From NCBI GenBank assembly GCA_963701855.1, contig CAVPBK010000009.1:416001-480000 (forward strand): a DNA stretch of 64,000 nucleotides. Reading direction: 5' to 3'. Below are positions 10,552 to 20,239 of the stretch, piece by piece. A model generated the notes under the pieces. It was not told where the DNA came from and made no database searches. It worked only from the letters and a program-made list of their open reading frames with translations. Numbering within the stretch: position 1 is the stretch's first letter; the number at the start of each line of letters is the position of its first letter. The stretch comes from Nitrospirota bacterium. GTDB taxonomy: Bacteria > Nitrospirota > Nitrospiria > Nitrospirales > Nitrospiraceae. Position numbers and translations under genes: made by a program.

Positions 10552-11559
10552 TTACTGTGTCTTCGCCCGCCGAGATAACGACACGATATACGCCGCCGAA
10601 CGATCGGCAATCATCGGGTCGGCGGCTTCAATGCCTGGAACCAGCGCTCCCGGCATGAAGAGCAACTGCTTCTCTGCGGCCTGACTGTCTTTCACCGCTT
10701 TGGTAATCACAAGGCTGCCCAATTCGATTTTCTTACGGGAATCCGGCCAGGCAATCGTGGGATCGTCGATCTTGTCGTCCGGTTCGGCCACTTGCAGAAG
10801 TACTTTGAACTTGACCGGACCGTGATGAACCCGATCGCGAATCTCCTCGGCCAGATAATCAGGACCCTTCTTCGAGAGCTGCCCGCTGGTGAGAACCTTA
10901 ACTCCAGCCACAGGTTGAAGCTGATAGCGCCCGAAGGTGGCTGTCCCCTTCGCATTCGTGAACTTAAATGAATTCACACCGAAATAGGCCAGGGTCCCAA
11001 AGCTCACAGGGGGCGGCTTCGGGGATTCTACGAAGGCCTTCGTGGCAGGATGAGTGCTCAAGAACGTGTCGAGCGCCGTCGGTTTGGGACTGTCGGGTTT
11101 GCTCGCAGCGATCGCCAGAAATAAGTCTCTCACCTCAGCGCCCGTCGCGACGGGGAATCCATTGAACGAATGGGCCACAATGTCTGTGACCGACTTGTCG
11201 GGGAGATGAAACTTTACTGCCATACCGCGAGGACCTGCCCCCGGTTCGGTGTCCGGAATCGTCGGCACTCCCGGGCCATCGGAGAACCGAACGGTCACGG
11301 GAATTGCGGCCTTTTTCTTTTGAAGATGTGCGGCCTTGCTCACAGCCGCGGCCGAAGCGCTTGGAGTGAACGATCCTTCCAGGACGATGCCCTTCGCATG
11401 CGCAGCGCGGGCTCCAGGATGCACACCGAACACCCCGTTCATGGCGTCCACGGTCTGTTCAGCTTGCGATTTCTCTCCGGCAGGCGTTTCTTGAGCGACT
11501 GCGACTGCGGGAATGGCGAGAGAGAAGACTATCGGCATTGCTGCGAGTGATTTCCACAC
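10552..11559 (-). CDS. Periplasmic catalase-related peroxidase (SrpA-like)
   Basis: Signal peptide; RAAHAKG distal His motif, VRFS, RGMAVKF, RSAAY proximal Tyr; short (335 aa). Confidence 0.9.
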   Translation of the reverse strand: MWKSLAAMPIVFSLAIPAVAVAQETPAGEKSQAEQTVDAMNGVFGVHPGARAAHAKGIVLEGSFTPSASAAAVSKAAHLQKKKAAIPVTVRFSDGPGVPTIPDTEPGAGPRGMAVKFHLPDKSVTDIVAHSFNGFPVATGAEVRDLFLAIAASKPDSPKPTALDTFLSTHPATKAFVESPKPPPVSFGTLAYFGVNSFKFTNAKGTATFGRYQLQPVAGVKVLTSGQLSKKGPDYLAEEIRDRVHHGPVKFKVLLQVAEPDDKIDDPTIAWPDSRKKIELGSLVITKAVKDSQAAEKQLLFMPGALVPGIEAADPMIADRSAAYIVSLSRRAKTQ

Positions 11560-11641
11560 GGAGTGCTCCTTTTGTTAAAGTGGCTCCCTTCAAAGAGGGC
11601 AGAGAAACAAGAGACTACGCCTTTGCAGCCCCCCTGGTGTA

Positions 11642-11969
11642 TCAAGCGGAGAATCCGCCGTCAATCGACAGACTCGCACCGGTGATAAAACCGGCCTCAG
11701 GACCGGCGAGATAGGAGACCAAGTCTGCGATCTCGCCTCCCTTGCTATAGCGCTTGAGGGCCATGAAGCTCTTCTGCGTCTCGGCAAATGGTCCGCTCGA
11801 TGGCACGCAGCACTTCACCGGCCTTCGTCTGATCGCCGGCATAGGTAATCGCAACGGCCGCGCCGTCCTGCGCCAATCGTTTCGCAATCGCCGCCCCGAT
11901 CCCACACGATCCACCCGTGACCATGGCAACCTTGCCCGCGAGTTTCTTTGTCGATGTCTCGGTTGTCAT
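11642..11969 (-). pseudogene. SDR oxidoreductase remnant with central deletion
   Basis: N-terminus KVAMVTGGSCGIGAAIAKRLA joined out of frame to C-terminus EIADLVSYLAGPEAGFITGASLSIDGG; catalytic YxxxK region absent. Confidence 0.85.
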
Positions 11970-12191
11970 GGCAGTGCTCCGTTGTTGAAGTCTTCCACTG
12001 TTCGGCACTACCACAGCGACTACGGACTGGCCGTAAGGGGAAATTCTGAACTTGCGAATAGGGCAATTGCAAGCAGGAGGAACAGGATCAACGGTCAGGG
12101 GGGAATTCAGAAGGAGCAAGTGGCCTGCAAAGCTGAGGCCTCATTCGCACGACACACCGTCACGACTCATACTGACTCCAATCTGTCGCTC

Positions 12192-12930
12192 TTAATGGGT
12201 CCAGATCTTTACGGGAGTCGATTCGAAGGGGTACACATGAATCATCCACCCGCCGGCTTGCTGACACTCTGATTCCGTGGCAACCGTCCCCTTGCCCCCA
12301 AGTTGTTTCCGGGTCATGCGGCGTCCACTGCCATCGTGGTGTGAAACAGATATTGATGTGGGCATGCCACTGCGCAACGCTCAAAGGAACACGCTCGTTC
12401 AACTGGTCTTCGCTCATGCCTCTCGGCGCGGTATACATCGCTCCCTCGAGTTCATATCCATCCCCGGCCTTCTTATATAACAGCGCGGTCGGTTCGGCGG
12501 GATCAAAGCGAATCTTTGCCAGGAATCGGCGCTGCTTATTGGCGAAATGATAATGCTTAGGCGTTCGCTCTGGATGAAGGGGAACATATCCGCCGTCCCT
12601 GGCTGCCCAGTAATCTTTGTACTTGGCAAGGGTCTGTCGCAGAGTCTGCACGATCTGACCGGCACGCTTGGCGTCGTCTGCATTCGCCGTTCGCAACTCC
12701 GTCCATCTCATGTGGGGGCCGAGATGTTTTTGATGAGGGGTCATCATGTCGACAGCGCCATCGGCATGATCATGCTGATCCATCGACGCGTCCTATCCCT
12801 GTGCTGACTCTCCCGCCTGAGCCGGGAGCCCACCATCCATAAAAGCGACCACATTCCCTGACAAAGCCAACACACAGCCTAGAACAAATCTAAGACAGCG
12901 CGCTGAATATCGAGCAGTTTAGTCAGTCAT
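12192..12930 (-). pseudogene. Exported His-rich hypothetical protein, disrupted
   Basis: In-frame TAA and TAG in the signal-peptide region; frameshift after WHAHINIC; C-terminus GWMIHVYPF in another frame. Confidence 0.65.
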
Positions 12931-12987
12931 CGTGGCACTCATGGTCATAAGAATTACCCTCTCGGCATGGCGCATCGCACCTCCGGT

Positions 12988-13914
12988 TTAATCGCATACC
13001 TTAAACTTGGACTGCTGACAGCGCCGCGTCATCTCCTGCGCCTTCACAATCTGCGCGGCCGTCATCTGTGAGGCCGCAAGGTCCCGATTCTTCTCGGCTT
13101 CCCTTCCATCAACGCCGCCCAACGCCTCAGAAGCGACGCTGTGCCACATGTACGCGCGAGCAAAGTCCTGTGGGACACCCCGCCCCTTGGCATACATCAA
13201 ACCGAGATTGCTCTGTGCATTGGCTTGCCCCTGCTCGGCCGCCCGACGAATCCACTTGAACGCTTCCCGATCGTTCTGCGGTACAACATGCCCCGCGTAA
13301 TACATGACGCCCAGATTGCTTTGTGCATGTGCATGTCCCTGGTCAGCCGCAAGACGGTACCACTTTGCGGCTTCCTGAGCGTTCTGTGGGATGCCCTGTC
13401 CCTTGCTATACATCAAGCCCAAATTGAACTGCGCCGATGCGTAGCCCTGTTCCGCCGCTTTGCGGTACCAATAGACGGCTTCTCAAGCGTCTTGCGGGAC
13501 ACCCTGTCCCTTGGCATACATCACACCCAGATTGAACTGCAGTGAGGCGTCGCCCTGCTTCGCCGCAAGCCGAAACCACTTCTCGGCTTCCTGAGCATTC
13601 TGCGGGACACCCTGCCCATTGAAATACAGCATACCCAGATTGAACTGCGCCGACGCGTGTCCCTGTTCTGCCGCCTTCCGGTACCACTGCACAGCTTCCG
13701 TGTCGAACTGGGGAACGCCCTGTCCCATCTCATACATCACACCCAAACTGAACTGCGCTCTGGCGTTGCCCTGGTCAGCGAGGGGACGCAAGAGCCGCGC
13801 CGCCCTTGTATAATCGCCACGATTGTACGCCGCCTCCGCATCCTCAATGGCATCCGCTGCCGCGACTGTCGCACAGGCCACTACCAAGAAGACTGCAAAG
13901 AGAAAACGTCGCAT
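12988..13914 (-). pseudogene. Sel1-like repeat protein with one in-frame TGA (13483-13485)
   Basis: ORFs 13483-13914 and 12988-13422 share a frame; sequence reads GVPQDA*EAVYWYRKAAEQG; repeated AQFNLGxMYxxGQGVPQ; signal peptide. Confidence 0.85.
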
Positions 13915-14050
13915 CGCTCACCTATCTTTCCACTGAGAGACAAGAATCGATTAAAAGCGCTTCATAGCTAAACGCTGGTTCCTGATAGCTTCAGTCCCGA
14001 GCCGAATGGTGCAATGCGAGCCGGCATACAGCTGGCCTGCACCCTCCTTC

Positions 14051-14584
14051 CTACCGTCGGCTCCCACCTTTGACGCAACGAGGGCGAAATGAGGAACTGA
14101 CTGTCCAGCGGTTTCGCTTCCAGAGTAAGAGCGCAAGCGCGAGGGTCAACGCGGTTCGAGCCGGAAGTGTCGGTTCAAATGTCATTTCAAACCCCTCTTC
14201 GATCCTGCTGTTCTGAACCTCATTGCCTACATTGTCAGAATCGAGCAGGATCGTTGGAACAGGGCTCATCTCGGCTTCGACGTAGCGGAGGCAGACATAG
14301 ATTCGCTTTCCCGAAGGTGGCAGCGCACAGATCATCACGTCACGCACACAGATCTCGTTACCGGTGGGATCGATCGCAAGACCAGGACTGAGCACCACCC
14401 GCTGACTGCTCCCTTCCTTCCCGACAGCCACGGACAAACCTGACACAATCCCATCACCAAAGACGAGCTGATTTCTCAGCCGCTGTTTTTCCAAGAAGTA
14501 GATGTGCTCCGCCGTAAGATCGTCGACGCTCAATATCTTCCCAAAGAAATAGCGAGGCCGAGAAAACACCATTCGACGAACCAT
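14051..14584 (-). CDS. Hypothetical protein with the RPRYFxG...DLxxE...GIVxGL domain seen in contractile tail/eCIS loci
   Basis: RPRYFFGKILSVDDLTAEHIYF...NQLVFGDGIVSGLSV...PGLAIDPTGNEI. Confidence 0.6.
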   Translation of the reverse strand: MVRRMVFSRPRYFFGKILSVDDLTAEHIYFLEKQRLRNQLVFGDGIVSGLSVAVGKEGSSQRVVLSPGLAIDPTGNEICVRDVMICALPPSGKRIYVCLRYVEAEMSPVPTILLDSDNVGNEVQNSRIEEGFEMTFEPTLPARTALTLALALLLWKRNRWTVSSSFRPRCVKGGSRR

Positions 14585-15188
14585 ACAATACCTTCTTATT
14601 ATGCGAACGGAGAAATAGTGCCAGGCTACTTTGCGGAAAGCAGAGTGTCAACGGATGGATTGGTAACATGCATACATTTCAGAAAGCAGGTAGGATCGGC
14701 TCGAACACGACTCAGACACGGTGGGCGACTGGCGGGGCAGATGCGACAGAAATCGAGAATGCTCTCATCTCTCCTCTCCTTTCAAACTTTTTGATCATCC
14801 TGGTTCAGAATAGGCCAGTCGATAGGTCACGATCAAAGGATACTTGGAATAGTCCCAGTATGCGCGCGTCGGACAAAGTATAAATGCTCCCTCCAAGCTC
14901 GTTCGTTTTCCCCTCTCCTCTAGGGCGAGATAGTTCTTCTTGGGGTGGTGTTGACCTGAGCGCCCAGCCGCTCTTGCAGCGGGGTCTTTACACCGGGTGG
15001 GGTGCGAAGCCGGCTGGGCTGGTCAGCGATAGGACACGCTCTCGTGGCATTCTAGAATTTTCCCATTCTTCTCTGGAATTTCCCTCATTTCCCCTATCCT
15101 CTGTTACATGATTAATTACATCACCTTTCATGTCACAACTTGCTATTATTACTTGCTATTAAATCATTCATATATTCATTTTCCATCA

Positions 15189-15204
15189 CGGCACATTCCC
15201 TGCT
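15189..15204 (+). promoter_or_regulatory. Putative sigma54 (-24/-12) promoter
   Basis: CGGCAC-ATTCC-CTGC matches TGGCAC-N5-TTGC spacing; preceded by an AT-rich tract at about 15105-15185. Confidence 0.55.
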
Positions 15205-15222
15205 GACCTCCTCCATATAATA

Positions 15223-15297
15223 ATGGTGACGCACTCCTCCATCCTCTTGATCCAAGACAGCCCCGGCGAATGCAAACTCCTTCGCCAGGCGCTAGCC
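15223..15297 (+). pseudogene. Truncated response-regulator receiver domain
   Basis: MVTHSSILLIQDSPGECKLLRQALA (beta1-acidic pocket-alpha1 of a receiver), cut by repeat elements. Confidence 0.5.
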
Positions 15298-15327
15298 AAT
15301 GACTGCGCGCGTCCCATCGGAAGACCA

Positions 15328-15406
15328 AGGTTAAGGTCGAGGTTGAGGATCGAAAAAATACCGAGACGGATTGATTGGTGCTCAGCCTGAGCCTCAACCT
15401 GAACCT
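15328..15406. repeat. Hexamer-repeat hairpin (AGGTTA/AGGTCG...CCTCAACCT), family D
   Basis: Near-identical arms also at 40054-40128. Confidence 0.7.
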
Positions 15407-15420
15407 ACTTCTGTAGCTAA

Positions 15421-15455
15421 GGCCGCGCGTTGCGCGAGCACAGAAGATCATCAGC
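15421..15455 (-). repeat. Family C repeat (GATGATCTTCTxTGCTCGCGCAACGCGCGGCC)
   Basis: Reverse complement matches 43760-43793; related copy at 45105-45168. Confidence 0.7.
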
Positions 15456-15527
15456 TTCCCATCCCCTCTTCTGTTCCGAGAGCACAGGAGACCAATTAGG
15501 CTTTCCTCACTCATCTAGTGTGCCGCG

Positions 15528-15744
15528 AGCCGGGAATCTGTATAATCCGGCACCGGCATCCCGATGGACAGACCGCACGACTCAACCTTGTGAAAACACT
15601 GACTTCTCGCCCCTAACAGATCCGCTGGCTCATCCTTGCCCTACTGTTTCTCATCAGCGTCATCACCTATGTCGACCGTGTCAATATCTCCGTGACCGCG
15701 CGGCAGATGATGCCGGCCTATGGGATAACCGATCAGGAAATGGG
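15528..15744 (+). pseudogene. Decayed duplicate of the MFS promoter and 5' end (copy of 17549-17765)
   Basis: 217-bp diverged direct repeat including TATAAT; codon TCA of the intact gene is TAA here. Confidence 0.9.
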
Positions 15745-15809
15745 ACAGGAAAAGGGGGCAGGCTGAGCTAGCCCAGTATGTTGATCATTAGAGCTAGCGC
15801 CAATGTTGG

Positions 15810-17249
15810 CTAGAACTGATTCCAGAGCAGTTGGTTTGTGACTTCGTGGTGAAAGAGCACTTCCGAAGCCTTCACCCTTGTCCCGAGCTCTTTAGGAGAA
15901 CGATCCGCCACCAACTGTTTGAAGCTCGCATACTTTTTCTTGCTGTCTTCGCCAAGGATCTCGGCAATAAACTTTGACGATTTGAACAGCGCAATCGCAT
16001 CATTGATGTCACTCGGAAGGAATCGCACAGGGCCTGGTGTCGTCTCGTCCTTTTCTAGGCGTTCCCCGTCGAAGCCGGTCCTGAGCATCGTGTATAGCAC
16101 GAGGTAGGGATTGGCATCGGGGGCGACTGAACGCAGCTCGATGCGCGCCGTTTTTTCGTTGGCCATCGGAATGCGGATCATAGAACCGCGATCGATCGCC
16201 GAGACCTTGACCTGGTTCGGCGCTTCAAAATGTGGATCCAGACGCCGATAGGCATTCACTGACGAATTCAGTACGAGACATATCTCGGACGCGTGATTCA
16301 GGAGTTTGAGAATGAAGTCCCAGGCCACATCGGAAAGGCCATCTTTCCCTTTCGCATCGTGGAAAATATTCTTACCGTTCTTGTTCAAGGAAAAATTGGT
16401 GTGCATGCCGGAACCATTGATCCCAACGAATGGCTTTGGAAGGAACGTCGCCGTGTGCCCCATGGATCGAGCCGCTTGGCGACAGATCAGTTTGTACAGC
16501 TGCACATGGTCTGCCGCACGCACTACATCCGCATAGGAAAAGTTCATTTCGAACTGCGAGGGCGCGACCTCTGGATGATCTTTTTCGTTTTTGAAGCCCA
16601 GTGCACGCTGTGCCTCCGCCGACTTATCAATGAACTGGCGAAGCGTGTCCATCGGAAGGGAGTGATAGTACCCGCCCGATGAGATGAGCTTAAACCCGTC
16701 CTCGCCATAGCGTTGCTCGGCGTTCTGCCCATCCACAAGGAAGCCTTCTATTTCGCAGGCCGCATACGCGGTCATACCCTGCTTTTTCTTGAGATTCTCC
16801 GTGTACGATTTCAGCACGCCACGGAAGTCGCTATGATACGGCGAACGATCACCGTTTAAAACGGACGCAAAGAAGATCACCTTCCCTGCCCCAATCACAT
16901 CGGCCGGAAAGTAACGGATGGACGGCCAGTCAACTTCAAGACGCAGGTCCGACTCATGTTGCGGCGTGAACCCACGGATGGACGACCCGTCAAACGTCAG
17001 ATTCCCCAGCGACTCTAGAAGAAACTTCTTGTCGTAATCGAGCATGTGAAGGCGGCCTTCAATATCCGAGAAACACAACGTCACGGCCTTGATATGCTTC
17101 TCTTTTTTCAACCACGCCGTATATTCCCGCTCCAGCTCTTTTGCGCCGGCCTTCTCGGCACGCTGTGCCGCCTTGAGATTCATTTCTTCAAGCTCGTCAT
17201 ACGGGATCTCAAGGAAGGACTTTAGCTCAGCGGATTTAATCTTAGCCAT
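15810..17249 (-). CDS. glnA: Glutamine synthetase (type I-related)
   Basis: TFDGSSIRGF, HPEVAPSQFE, FLPKPFVGINGSGMH, RIELRSVAPDANPYL; AAGAGG RBS. Confidence 0.9.
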   Translation of the reverse strand: MAKIKSAELKSFLEIPYDELEEMNLKAAQRAEKAGAKELEREYTAWLKKEKHIKAVTLCFSDIEGRLHMLDYDKKFLLESLGNLTFDGSSIRGFTPQHESDLRLEVDWPSIRYFPADVIGAGKVIFFASVLNGDRSPYHSDFRGVLKSYTENLKKKQGMTAYAACEIEGFLVDGQNAEQRYGEDGFKLISSGGYYHSLPMDTLRQFIDKSAEAQRALGFKNEKDHPEVAPSQFEMNFSYADVVRAADHVQLYKLICRQAARSMGHTATFLPKPFVGINGSGMHTNFSLNKNGKNIFHDAKGKDGLSDVAWDFILKLLNHASEICLVLNSSVNAYRRLDPHFEAPNQVKVSAIDRGSMIRIPMANEKTARIELRSVAPDANPYLVLYTMLRTGFDGERLEKDETTPGPVRFLPSDINDAIALFKSSKFIAEILGEDSKKKYASFKQLVADRSPKELGTRVKASEVLFHHEVTNQLLWNQF

Positions 17250-17610
17250 GGTTCCTCTTTAATGCGCTCTTGGCGCGAAAGTATAGCTCTGAATACACAC
17301 GACGCATCCAATAGCACGCCCCTTGGATTCACAATCACCCCTGATCAGAGAACCCCCCAAGGAGCGGCTACCGCGTATGGACTCAGTCTGTCATGTCTCT
17401 TCTGAGCGCGCAAGGGTTTGCGATCACGCGCATCGAGCACACACCGGAAAAACGGAAACAGCCGCTTCGGCTGCAAAGGCCGGACGTGCCCCGTAGCACG
17501 CTACGGGGCACTCGGTGATGAAGAAAATTGCGGGCTGGTAGTGACTCAAGCCGGGAGTCTGTATAATCCGGCACTGACATGCCCATGGACAGACCGCACG
17601 ATTCAACTTT

Positions 17611-18897
17611 GTGAACACACTGACGACTCGCCCCTCACGGATCCGCTGGCTCATCCTCACCCTGCTGTTTCTCATCAGCGTCGTCACCTATATCGACCGC
17701 GTCAATATTTCCGTGACCGCGCGGCAGATGATGCCGGCCTATGGGATGACCGATCAACAGATGGGCTGGGTATTCTCGGCCTTCGTCGCCGGCTACGCCC
17801 TGTTTCAAATTCCCGGTGGATGGCTGGCCGATCGCTGGGGAGTCCGTGTGGTGCTCACCATTGCACTCCTCTGGTGGTCGATCTGTACAGCCTTCACTGC
17901 CATGGTGGCTGCCACGTCGCTCGCGAGCCTCTTCGGGGTTGTCGGCGCGCTGATGCTCGTGCGGTTTTCTCTGGGTGTGGGAGAAGCCGTGGCGCTGCCT
18001 GCCTTCAATCGCGCCGTCACCAACTGGTTACCGGCTGATAGGCGCGGCCTCGGCATCGGGCTCGCGATCGGAGGCATCGGGCTAGGTTCCGCCATGACTC
18101 CGCCCATTGCCGCATGGGTGATGGTGAACTGGGGATGGCCGACCGTGTTCTATCTTGCCAGCTTGCTTGGAATCGGAATGGCTCTCGTCTGGTGGCTCCT
18201 CTCGCGCAACCACCCGCACCAACATCCATGGGTGAATGCGGGTGAACAGGCCCTGCTCAAACATGAACCGGCCACGACCACAGCCGTGCCCTGGCGAACG
18301 TTCAGTCAGACCCCCACCATCTGGTGGCTGGTGATCAGCTACAGTTGCCTCGGCTATGTCGCCTACGTCTATCTGTCCTGGTTCTACTTATATCTCGTAA
18401 ATGTTCGAGGATTCGATGTGCTTCGCGGCGGATTCTATGCCTCAGCTCCCTTTCTGGCCATGTTGGTATTTTGTCCTCTGGGCGGCTGGGTGACGGATCG
18501 ACTCGCGACCCGCTACGGTCTCACTACCGGGCGGGCTGTAGCCGGCATGGCCGGCATGGTCCTGGCCGGGCTCTCGATTGCGCTAGGTGGCGCCGTCGAC
18601 TCTCCCTTTTGGGCGATCGCCAGTCTGTCATTCGGCGCTGGCTGGCTCTATTTTACGGTCGGCGCCTACTGGGCCTCTACGACCGATCTGTCAAAAACCC
18701 ATGCAGGGACACTGTCAGGGCTCATGAATACCGGCGCCAATATCGGCGGGGCCATCTCACCGACCCTGACGCCATGGCTGGCCCATCAGTGGGGCTGGCC
18801 GGTCTCGTTAGGCGTGGCCGCAGCCGTAGCCATCGTGGGCGGAGTCTTGTGGATCAAAATCGATACAGGAAAGGGATTGGAACAAGAAAAGTGCTGA
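17611..18897 (+). CDS. MFS transporter, anion:cation symporter (glucarate/galactonate-like)
   Basis: YIDRVNIS, QIPGGWLADRWG, GVGEA, about 12 TM helices; TATAAT about 45 bp upstream. Confidence 0.9.
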   Translation: MNTLTTRPSRIRWLILTLLFLISVVTYIDRVNISVTARQMMPAYGMTDQQMGWVFSAFVAGYALFQIPGGWLADRWGVRVVLTIALLWWSICTAFTAMVAATSLASLFGVVGALMLVRFSLGVGEAVALPAFNRAVTNWLPADRRGLGIGLAIGGIGLGSAMTPPIAAWVMVNWGWPTVFYLASLLGIGMALVWWLLSRNHPHQHPWVNAGEQALLKHEPATTTAVPWRTFSQTPTIWWLVISYSCLGYVAYVYLSWFYLYLVNVRGFDVLRGGFYASAPFLAMLVFCPLGGWVTDRLATRYGLTTGRAVAGMAGMVLAGLSIALGGAVDSPFWAIASLSFGAGWLYFTVGAYWASTTDLSKTHAGTLSGLMNTGANIGGAISPTLTPWLAHQWGWPVSLGVAAAVAIVGGVLWIKIDTGKGLEQEKC

Positions 18898-18992
18898 GTT
18901 GGTAGAACATTTTACTGCGACTCCCGATCGTATACACTCAGCACTTTTCTGAGGCCTTGCCTCCCAGGCTGCGTCCTTGCTAGTTTGGTCGT

Positions 18993-19514
18993 ATGACTAT
19001 GCAATTTCAAAAAATCGATCCGCGCGTGACCATTACGACACCCTTCGGAGAAATCAAGATTCGGTTCTACCCGGACGACGCGCCACGTCATGTCGAGAAC
19101 TTTCTCAAGCTTGCCAAGATGGGGTTCTATCATGGCACCACCTTCCATCGCGTCGTTCCCGGATTCATCATTCAGGGCGGCGACCCGTTGAGCAAGGACT
19201 CCGACCGTTCCCTGCATGGGTCTGGTAGCCCCGGCTACTGGTTGGTACCGGAAACCAGTGACCGTCCGCATAAACGGGGCGCCATCGCAATGGCCAAGGT
19301 GCCACGGGAGAGCAACAGCACAAGGGACCCCAACGATAACGGCTCGCAATTCTATATCTGTGTCGCGGACTGCAGCGGACTAGACCGAACCTACACCGTC
19401 TTCGGCGAAGTCTTTCGAGGCATGGAGGTGGTGGACAAAATCGTCGCTGCCCCACGCGATGAATTTGACAATCCCCTGAAGCCGATCCCCATGACCGTGA
19501 CGGTCAAAGAGTAA
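18993..19514 (+). CDS. Cyclophilin-type peptidyl-prolyl isomerase
   Basis: FYHGTTFHRVVPGFIIQGGDP, GSQFYI, YTVFGEV. Confidence 0.95.
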   Translation: MTMQFQKIDPRVTITTPFGEIKIRFYPDDAPRHVENFLKLAKMGFYHGTTFHRVVPGFIIQGGDPLSKDSDRSLHGSGSPGYWLVPETSDRPHKRGAIAMAKVPRESNSTRDPNDNGSQFYICVADCSGLDRTYTVFGEVFRGMEVVDKIVAAPRDEFDNPLKPIPMTVTVKE

Positions 19515-19562
19515 CGCCCCCTGGCCTAGCTTTTGTTTGACTTGGCCAATTCAAGTTACGAT

Positions 19563-19601
19563 TGTTTACTTGATACAGGGTACAGGTGTGTCAAGTAAAC
19601 A
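19563..19601. terminator. AT-rich inverted repeat between convergent genes
   Basis: TGTTTACTTGATACA-N9-TGTGTCAAGTAAACA. Confidence 0.5.
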
Positions 19602-19627
19602 GTCGTGAAAATCAATCACTTGCTGGC

Positions 19628-20149
19628 TCAATCTTTGTCTGAGTTTGTGCTCTCTCGTAATTTTTGTAGTGCGTTGAGGATTTCAGCTGGCCGAGGCGGA
19701 CAGCCGGGAATACGGACATCGACAGGAATGTGTCGCGCCACTGGGCCAGTCACGGCATAGCTGCCTTTAAACATGCCGCAGTCGATCGCACAGTCGCCGA
19801 GCGCGATGACAATCTTCGGGTCCGGCGTTTGTTTATATACGTCTTTCAATGCTCTTTCCATGTTAACGGTGACCGGTCCCGTAACCACCAACGCGTCCGC
19901 ATGGCGCGGCGACGCTGCGATGTGTATGCCGAACCGCTCGATGTCATAAACCGGGTTCGCCAGCGCATTCATTTCCATCTCACACGCATTACAGGAGCCG
20001 GTATCCACCGCGCGAAACGCCAGCGAGGAACGGAACGGCTTGGCTTTGTCTCTCGCCTCCGATGTCGGCGCATCCACAGTCGGTGCGGCTGCGGGATGCT
20101 GGCCTGTTACAACTCCTGCTCTCAGGCTCTTTTTGAGGATACGAAACAT
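19628..20149 (-). CDS. hyfI: Hyf/Ehr small subunit (NuoB/HycG-like)
   Basis: DTGSCNACE, SPRHAD, GDCA, PGCPP; AGGAGG RBS before MFRILKKS. Confidence 0.88.
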   Translation of the reverse strand: MFRILKKSLRAGVVTGQHPAAAPTVDAPTSEARDKAKPFRSSLAFRAVDTGSCNACEMEMNALANPVYDIERFGIHIAASPRHADALVVTGPVTVNMERALKDVYKQTPDPKIVIALGDCAIDCGMFKGSYAVTGPVARHIPVDVRIPGCPPRPAEILNALQKLRESTNSDKD

Positions 20150-20239
20150 GGGTCCTCCTCTCTTTGCAGGCACGAGGCGAGAGGCTATGGGTTATCCTTC
20201 TCTGTCCCTGGCCTCCAGCCTCTGACCTTTTACCTTCTC

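Noticed and set aside
13483..13485. Selenocysteine or programmed readthrough at the Sel1 TGA
   Set aside because: The position is not a Cys site in Sel1 repeats, there is no convincing SECIS, and neighbouring genes are also decaying
14051..14584. Prophage or complete eCIS locus
   Set aside because: Single gene only; no structural, integrase or lysis genes
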